From NCBI GenBank assembly GCA_964016885.1, contig OZ024740.1:100316001-100380000 (forward strand): 64,000 bases of DNA, in the 5' to 3' direction. This stretch comes from Eledone cirrhosa (taxonomy: Eukaryota). Positions 55,793 to 64,000 of this stretch are shown piece after piece; position 1 is the stretch's first letter, and each line of letters starts with the position of its first letter. Both the position numbers and the translations under genes were made by a program. The notes under the pieces are model-generated. The model saw only the letters and a list, made by a program, of their open reading frames with translations, searched no databases and was not told where the DNA came from.

Positions 55793-56149
55793 AATAGTGT
55801 TTACTTGTTTCCTGTCCTGTGTATATGTGTTGTTACTGTTGCTGCAATAATTGATGTTGTTTTTGTTATTAATGTTTCCTTTTGTTGTAGTACTGGTGTT
55901 AGCTGTTGAGTTGTATTTGTTTTTGTTATTCCATTAAGCATTGCTAGTAGTTAATGATAGTGACAGTTTCTCCACGTGCTTTTTCTTCAGTGGTAGAGTA
56001 GTGGTGGTGGGAATGGTGATGATAGAGCATTAGGTGTTGTTGTTGCTGTTTGTTTTTGTTTCATCTCAGTTAAGTTTTGTAGTTATAACAATTTCTTGTT
56101 GCCTTGTGCCTAGATCAGAAACCAATATTACTATGGTCATGAATCTTAG

Positions 56150-56575
56150 GTAATAACTGAAAGAATATGATTGCAAATGCAAGCAGCCAAAATGGGATTC
56201 CTCTGAAGGGTCTTTGGAGTAACGTTACTCAATAAAGTGTGTAGCTTGGACATCATACGAGTCACTACAGGTAGAGCTGCTACTTCTCCGAGTTGAGAGA
56301 TCACAGGCCAGATACTATGAGCATGTAGTTATAATGTCTCATGAAAGAACCACTGGACAAATTTTACAGACAGGAGATCCAAGGGTAGACCCAGAGTAAG
56401 ATGATTGGATAACATCCATTAGCTTTGCTGGTCTCACTTGGAGATCCATCTGGATCAGTTGGAGATGGTAGCTTCTGACAGGACCCACTGGACGGAGTGT
56501 TTGAGGACTCTACCCCCATGATTTTCTCAGGAATAAGTGGCTGAAGAAGAAGAAGAAGAAGAAGAAGAAGAAGAG
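56150..56575 (+). mobile_element. RTE-like LINE 3' fragment with (GAA)n tail
   Basis: QMQAAKMGFL.RVFGVTLL; homologous to 9250-9660. Confidence 0.75.
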
Positions 56576-56592
56576 ATTACAGAAATTGAAGT

Positions 56593-59500
56593 CATCATCA
56601 TCATCATCATCACCGTTTTACGTCCGTTCTTCCACGCTAGCATGGGTTAGACGGGTTGTCCTGTTGTGGGCAGTGTCTGGTCGGCTGACCATGCCTTGCT
56701 CATACAGGAACTGATCTGGCTTGATTTCTACAGCTGGATGCCCTTCCTAACACCAACCTCATTTACAGTGAGTGCTGGGTGCTTTTTCGTGGCGCCTACA
56801 CGTCCACTTTACAGTGTGGGCTGGGTGCTTTTTTGCCGTGGCACCTCCACGACCACCTTGCGGTGGGGGGGGGGCATATTGTTTATATGCTTCAGCATGT
56901 ACCCATGGGAGGTCGGGTACCCTGTATTACTGCGTGACGCCAGAAGTCACGGTCGTGTGTCATTGACTTTGAGAGGTGTAGTTGGGTAAGGTCGGCTTTT
57001 ATCACCTCATCCCAAGTCATCTTGGGTCTCCCCACTCCGCGGTTTCCATCAACTTCTAGTGCTCTGCACCTTTTTATGCAGCTGTCATCCTTCATACGCA
57101 TCACATGTCCATACCAGCGTAACCGCCTCTCCTGCACGCAGCATTTGATTCCTCTTATGCTCAGTCTCTCTCTCAATTCATTTATGCTTTGTCGTTCACG
57201 TATATTACTGTTACACATCCATCGGAGCATGCAGGCTTCGTTTCTCTCTAATCTACGTAAGTCTTCCACCTTCAGCGCCCAGGTCTCACTACCATGCAAC
57301 ATCGCTGTTCGGATACACGCATCATACAGTCTGCCTTTCATTCTGAGGGAGAAGCCTTTTGCAGCTAGCAGTGGTAGTAGTTCCCTAAACTTCTTCCATC
57401 CCGTTCTTACCCTAGTTATTGTACTTTCTTAGCACCCACCTCCGTTGCTAATTCGGTCACCTAGGTAGCAGAAGCTGTCTACTGTTTCTACAGGGCCCTC
57501 CCAGAGATTGGTGGTACTTGTTTCCTGTGGCTGTTTGCTTGCTGTTTCAGCACAGCTGCTGCATGTGAATCCTACATTCTTAATTAAGCTTCCTGAGATC
57601 CCGCTACATCTCTTGTGTACCCATTGTTTGCATTTGGGGCAAAGAATGGAGTTCCTACCTACACCTTTCCTACATACTGAGCAAGGCCATTTCCCTGAGG
57701 GGATCTGGGTTCTGTTTTCTCGTCTACTTATAAGGACCTTAGTCTTTGTCATGTTGACTTTGAGGCCCTTTCTCTCTAGTCCCTGCTTCCAGGTTTGGAA
57801 TTTATTCTCTAGTTCTACCATAGATTCAGCTATGAGTGCGAGGTCATCAGCATACAGGAGTTCCCATGGGCATCCGGTCTTAAACTCCTCCGTTATTGCC
57901 TGCAGGACTATGATGAACAGGAGAGGGCTAAGAACAGAGCCCTGGTGGACCCCAACCTGTACGCTAAATTCCTCGCTATACTCATTGCCAATCCTAACTT
58001 TGCTGACTGCTCCCCTATACATGGCTTGTACCGCTTTCACAAGCCATTCATCTACTCCTAGTTTTCTAAGAGCCCACCAGATTACTGCACGTGGAACTCT
58101 GTCAAAGGCTTTCTCAAGGTCGACAAATGCCAAGTAGAGTGGCTTACTTTTAGCTAGGTACTTTTCCTGTAATTGCCTCACAAGGAAGAGCGCATCAGTG
58201 GTGCCTTTCCCTGGAACAAACCCAAATTGCATCTCGTCTATATTCACCCGGTCCCTAATCAGCTGTGCTATAACTCTTTCTGTTACTTTCATGACCTGGT
58301 CCATCAACTTTATACCTCTATAGTTTCCTCTATCTAGTGCATCGCCTTTACCTTTGTAGCAGTTGACAATGATGCTACTGCACCAATCTTTTGGTATGGC
58401 CCCCTCTAGTATTACCTGGTTAACGATACGTGTGGTTATAGTGTGACCTACAGACCCAGATGCCTTCAGCATCTCGGCAGCTATACCCGATGGACCGGTT
58501 GCCTTCCCTATCTTCATATCTCTGATTGCCTTACTTACTACGCTGCCGCTGACTTGTACTGCTGGTCCCTCTATAGGGTCTACGTGGGGTAGGGTCTCTT
58601 CTTCCCATGCATTCTCCTCATTTAGTAATCTATCATAATGACTCTTCCATGCATCTTTCTTCTCAGCACTTGTGAGGGCAAGCTCACCTTTATCATTCCG
58701 GATACACTTCTCTCCAATGACATCACAACTATCTCTGACACACTGCCTCGCAATCTTGAATACCTCCTGTTTCTGGTCCTCACGTTGTAAAACATGCTTG
58801 AATTTTCTATCCTCTGCTTCCCTCCTAGCTAAGTATACTTGTCGCCTAGCTTCCCTCTTGGTCTCTATGTAATGTACCCTGCTCCCCCCGTTCTTCCATT
58901 CTTTCCATGCCTGTCTCTTGGCCTTGACTGCTTCATCTACCTTATTGTTCCACCACCAAGTCACTCTCCTCCTGCTTGAGGTCTTACTCCAGCCACAAAC
59001 CTCATCCGTCGCCTCTAGTAAGTTATTTTTTAGGAACTCCCAGTTCTCTTCTACGTTAAATGTCTCTATCTGTTCTTCTTTACTGTCGTAGGCGTTGAGT
59101 AAAATATCTTTAAATCTGTTACTGGTTGAGGGGACTTTCAGCTTCCAGATCTTTCTTCTCCAGGTTGGCCTCTGTTTCAGGGCTCGTCTAGTTCTGACCG
59201 TGAGGTCGCTGACAACTAAGCTATGTTGGGATGTACATTCCTCACTAGGGAAGGCTTTTGTGTTTACGACCGTCCATCTGTCACGTCCTCTGATGAGGAT
59301 AAAATCTAACTGACTAGAGTGCTCCCCTGATCTATAGGTGATCAGGTGGTTGTCGGGTTTTTTAAAGTTTGTGTTACATATCGACATGTCATTGGCGTCG
59401 CAGAATTCTAGAAGTCTGAATCCTTCCTCATTCCTTGTGCCAACTCCTTGGCCTCCATGTACTCTATTGAAGCCGTCGCAGTGTTTACCTACGTGTCCGT

Positions 59501-60260
59501 TAAAATCTCCTGCAATGATTAGGAAGTCCTTGTCGTCTGTTAGAGCAGTAGTGTGTATTAGGGACTCGTAAAACCTATCCTTAAGTTCGTCTGGCAGCCC
59601 CGATTGGGGTGCGTAAGCTGATATTATTGTGGTAATTGTCTTATTCAGGACTAGTCTGAGTTTAATGATTCTTGCATTTACCCTGTACACTGAGATTACT
59701 TTATCTACCCACTTGTCAGCTAATAGTATACCTACACCACCCATCCCATCGTCATTTCCCACCCAGAAAAATTTGTAGCACTGGCTTTTTCCTACAAGGA
59801 CTCTAGCAGACCCTCCTCTCCATCTAGTCTCTTGCACACAGCATACATCAACTTCCTTTCGCTCTAGCATTTCTACGATTTCTCCTGCTCTTCCTTTCAT
59901 TGAGCCTACATTGATGGTACCAACTCGGAGTTTTGGGCATTTGTCGACACTCGTAGGGGAGGGTCTCTGGGTTGGCGCTTCACGTGGGTGCTTGGTAGCT
60001 CGCAGATTCATATTTCATCTATTGATTCAGAGTTGCTCGTGTATTCCCAGCTCATCCATCCCTAACGGTGGGAAAATTGAGGGCTAGAAGGACAGTGGTG
60101 GTGGGGTAATGGCAGGGTGTGTTGGGATGCGCCAGAGGAGGAGAGAGTTAGTTAGGCAGGTAGTAGCAGCAGCAGCAGTGGAAATGGCATGCTAGGTTTG
60201 ATTGGTCGAATAGACTATGGTGGTGTGTGGGGGTGGGGGGGGGAGGTAAATTGTGAGGTA
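56593..60260 (-). mobile_element. Near full-length RTE-clade LINE
   Basis: (GAT)n tail, 3' UTR, single long APE-RT ORF, C-rich 5' leader. Confidence 0.93.
56892..60011 (-). pseudogene. RTE LINE polyprotein: APE endonuclease, reverse transcriptase and PHD-like zinc finger; one in-frame TAA at 57429-57431
   Basis: GTINVG, CVQETRW, AYAPQ, GDFNGH, NYRGIKL, QFGF.PG, FVDLEKAFD, QGSVLSP, YADD, YLG. The frame continues past the stop into ORF 56892-57341 (HGSETW, RLRWYGHV), about 1039 codons in total. Confidence 0.93.
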
Positions 60261-63233
60261 GGAACTGAGGGTCGCATGGTAAATATCCAAGTTAATACTA
60301 CATCAGTAAAATTAACAATAATAACGTCATGAAAAAAGCTACTAAGAGAAACCCTCGAAAATTTATCGCTAATACAGCAGGGAAAATTTAACGCTAATAC
60401 AGCAGGGAACATCATAATATTAACGACATGAAAAAGCTACTAAGAGAAACCCTCGAAAATTTATCGCTAATACAGCAGGGAAAATTTAACGCTAATACAG
60501 CAGGGAACATCATAATATTAACGACATGAAAAAGCTACTAAGAGAAACCCTCGAAAATTTATCGCTAATACAGCAGGGAAAATTTAACGCTAATACAGCA
60601 GGGAACATCATAATATTAACGACATGAAAAAGCTACTAAGAGAAACCCTCGAAAATTTATCGCTAATACAGCAGGGAAAATTTAACGCTAATACAGCAGG
60701 GAACATCATAATATTAACGACATGAAAAAGCTACTAAGAGAAACCCTCGAAAATTTATCGCTAATACAGCAGGGAAAATTTAACGCTAATACAGCAGGGA
60801 ACATCATAATATTAACGACAATATGTAGGCTAAAATACCTTCGTAGATTAGGTGGATGGCTGGCTGGGAAAATTTGAATCAGCTCAGTGGTACATTTTAG
60901 CAGAGAAGAATGGCAAAGTGTCTTATCTCTTCAATATTTTCAGATTGAATGAATTAGGTTAAAGACAGGGTAGTAAGCCTTAAAGGAGTGCATAGAGGGG
61001 GGGGAGGGGGGTAGGAACTGAGGGTCGCATGGTAAATAACTGAGAGAGATACAATAGGATTAGAATACCGCATGGTAAATATCCAAGTTAATAAGTTAAT
61101 ACTACATCAGTAAAATTAACAATAATAACGTCATGAAAAAAGCTACTAAGAGAAACCCTCGAAAATTTATCGCTAATACAGCAGGGAAAATTTAACGCTA
61201 ATACAGCAGGGAACATCATAATATTAACGACATGAAAAAGCTACTAAGAGAAACCCTCGAAAATTTATCGCTAATACAGCAGGGAAAATTTAACGCTAAT
61301 ACAGCAGGGAACATCATAATATTAACGACATGAAAAAGCTACTAAGAGAAACCCTCGAAAATTTATCGCTAATACAGCAGGGAAAATTTAACGCTAATAC
61401 AGCAGGGAACATCATAATATTAACGACAATATGTAGGCTAAAATACCTTCGTAGATTAGGTGGATGGCTGGCTGGGAAAATTTGAATCAGCTCAGTGGTA
61501 CATTTTAGCAGAGAAGAATGGCAAAGTGTCTTATCTCTTCAATATTTTCAGATTGAATGAATTAGGTTAAAGACAGGGTAGTAAGCCTTAAAGAAGTGCA
61601 TAGAGGGGGGGGGGGGGTAGGAACTGAGGGTCGCATGGTAAATAACTGAGAGAGATACAATAGGATTAGAATACCGCATGGTAAATATCCAAGTTAATAA
61701 GTTAATACTACATCAGTAAAATTAACAATAATAACGTCATGAAAAAAGCTACTAAGAGAAACCCTCGAAAATTTATCGCTAATACAGCAGGGAAAATTTA
61801 ACGCTAATACAGCAGGGAACATCATAATATTAACGACATGAAAAAGCTACTAAGAGAAACCCTCGAAAATTTATCGCTAATACAGCAGGGAAAATTTAAC
61901 GCTAATACAGCAGGGAACATCATAATATTAACGACATGAAAAAGCTACTAAGAGAAACCCTCGAAAATTTATCGCTAATACAGCAGGGAAAATTTAACGC
62001 TAATACAGCAGGGAACATCATAATATTAACGACATGAAAAAGCTACTAAGAGAAACCCTCGAAAATTTATCGCTAATACAGCAGGGAAAATTTAACGCTA
62101 ATACAGCAGGGAACATCATAATATTAACGACAATATGTAGGCTAAAATACCTTCGTAGATTAGGTGGATGGCTGGCTGAGAAAATTTGAATCAGCTCAGT
62201 GGTACATTTTAGCAGAGAAGAATGGCAAAGTGTCTTATCTCTTCAATATTTTCAGATTGAATGAATTAGGTTAAAGACAGGGTAGTAAGCCTTAAAGAAG
62301 TGCATAGAGGGGGGGGGGGGGGGTAGGAACTGAGGGTCGCATGGTAAATAACTGAGAGAGATACAATAGGATTAGAATACCGCATGGTAAATATCCAAGT
62401 TAATAAGTTAATACTACATCAGTAAAATTAACAATAATAACGTCATGAAAAAAGCTACTAAGAGAAACCCTCGAAAATTTATCGCTAATACAGCAGGGAA
62501 AATTTAACGCTAATACAGCAGGGAACATCATAATATTAACGACATGAAAAAGCTACTAAGAGAAACCCTCGAAAATTTATCGCTAATACAGCAGGGAAAA
62601 TTTAACGCTAATACAGCAGGGAACATCATAATATTAACGACATGAAAAAGCTACTAAGAGAAACCCTCGAAAATTTATCGCTAATACAGCAGGGAAAATT
62701 TAACGCTAATACAGCAGGGAACATCATAATATTAACGACAATATGTAGGCTAAAATACCTTCGTAGATTAGGTGGATGGCTGGCTGGGAAAATTTGAATC
62801 AGCTCAGTGGTACATTTTAGCAGAGAAGAATGGCAAAGTGTCTTATCTCTTCAATATTTTCAGATTGAATGAATTAGGTTAAAGACAGGGTAGTAAGCCT
62901 TAAAGAAGTGCATAGAGGGGGGGGGGTAGGAACTGAGGGTCGCATGGTAAATAACTGAGAGAGATACAATAGGATTAGAATACCGCATGGTAAATATCCA
63001 AGTTAATAAGTTAATACTACATCAGTAAAATTAACAATAATAACGTCATGAAAAAAGCTACTAAGAGAAACCCTCGAAAATTTATCGCTAATACAGCAGG
63101 GAAAATTTAACGCTAATACAGCAGGGAACATCATAATATTAACGACATGAAAAAGCTACTAAGAGAAACCCTCGAAAATTTATCGCTAATACAGCAGGGA
63201 AAATTTAACGCTAATACAGCAGGGAACATCATA
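60257..63233. repeat. Higher-order tandem array of 98-bp monomers in blocks of 5, 3, 4, 3 and 2, separated by a linker of about 310 bp
   Basis: Monomer starts at 60328, 60427, 60525, 60623, 60721 and so on; GTAGGAACTGAGG recurs at about 60258, 61011, 61617, 62323, 62926. Confidence 0.95.
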
Positions 63234-64000
63234 AGTGCAATACATAAAATATAAAAACCGTCGATGTTAACCAGTTTATGATATTATTGTTGCTAGCAGA
63301 TGTTTAAAATGTAGAATATTTAGGAACTATTCATTTAAATAAAGTTAACTTAAAGTTTTAGTTATCAAGTTTAATCCAGGATAGGCTTCTGCCTGTGTGA
63401 ATCAGATAATGTGCATTTGCAAGAAATTTCATTATATTGGACCTGCAATGAACTAATTATCTAATTTCGTAGAAAGATTTCAATGCTACTCTTAATTATC
63501 TGACGCGTAATTTCTTAATTGGAACTATTTGCCTATACTAATGGTTAGAAAGAATGTATTGTAAATACTTGTCTCAAACATTCCAGTTGATGGACTAAAT
63601 GAAGACATGATTGTTGGCGTAGCTCCTTCCGCTGCAACATTAGATTTACACAAAAGACATTCAATATTTTTGACTCCTAGTCTGTTTAACTAGCCCTATA
63701 ATTGAATAAATTCTAGTCATGCAATTGAGACACAAAATCCAGAGTATATATATTTCTGTTGTCAGGGAAAAGTGTAAACTCACCTATGTCATTGGTGCTC
63801 TCCTATCATTGATCTTGTCCACATGGGATATATCTGTGAGAGCCCTACCTCTGGCCAGAAAACTTAGCAGTTCAAACCACAAACACTTCTGGCAAGTCAC
63901 AATTTCCTTGCATTTTCCAAGCATCTGATCATTAATCACTGGCTCTATAACTTCTAATGGTGTCATAGAGGAGCCTTGATCAACATTCAAACCCTTCCCT

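Noticed and set aside
57508-59571. Plus-strand ORFs overlapping the LINE
   Set aside because: Antisense shadows of the RT ORF with no recognisable motifs
60257-63233. CRISPR-like array
   Set aside because: No unique spacers, monomers are identical, context is eukaryotic, and there are no cas genes
56570-63245. TSD bracketing the LINE plus array
   Set aside because: Only a 4-bp AAGT match, which is not significant
63719-63990. Short ORFs and a possible splice donor at the window end
   Set aside because: No recognisable homology or partner exon

Overview
AT-rich, microsatellite-dense eukaryotic DNA. The SINE, RTE and microsatellite make-up suggests an octopus or other cephalopod (inference). 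I found no host protein-coding exon. The window is a transposable-element landscape. It holds a TIR/TSD-bounded hAT (Charlie/Buster-type) element, two older decayed BED-type hAT transposases, hAT and piggyBac MITEs, a Gypsy RT relic, and R4/Dong, Tx1/L1 and many RTE LINE fragments. Two tRNA-derived SINE families are present. A nearly intact RTE LINE (APE-RT-PHD-like finger, one nonsense codon) has its 5' end running into a 3-kb higher-order tandem array of 98-bp monomers. The main result is not visible in the ORF track. About nine well-formed and several decayed type I hammerhead ribozyme motifs lie in unrelated short foldback or tandem elements, mostly next to (TA)n tracts. This matches Penelope-like or retrozyme-type non-autonomous elements. 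All folds were made by eye and need computational and experimental confirmation.
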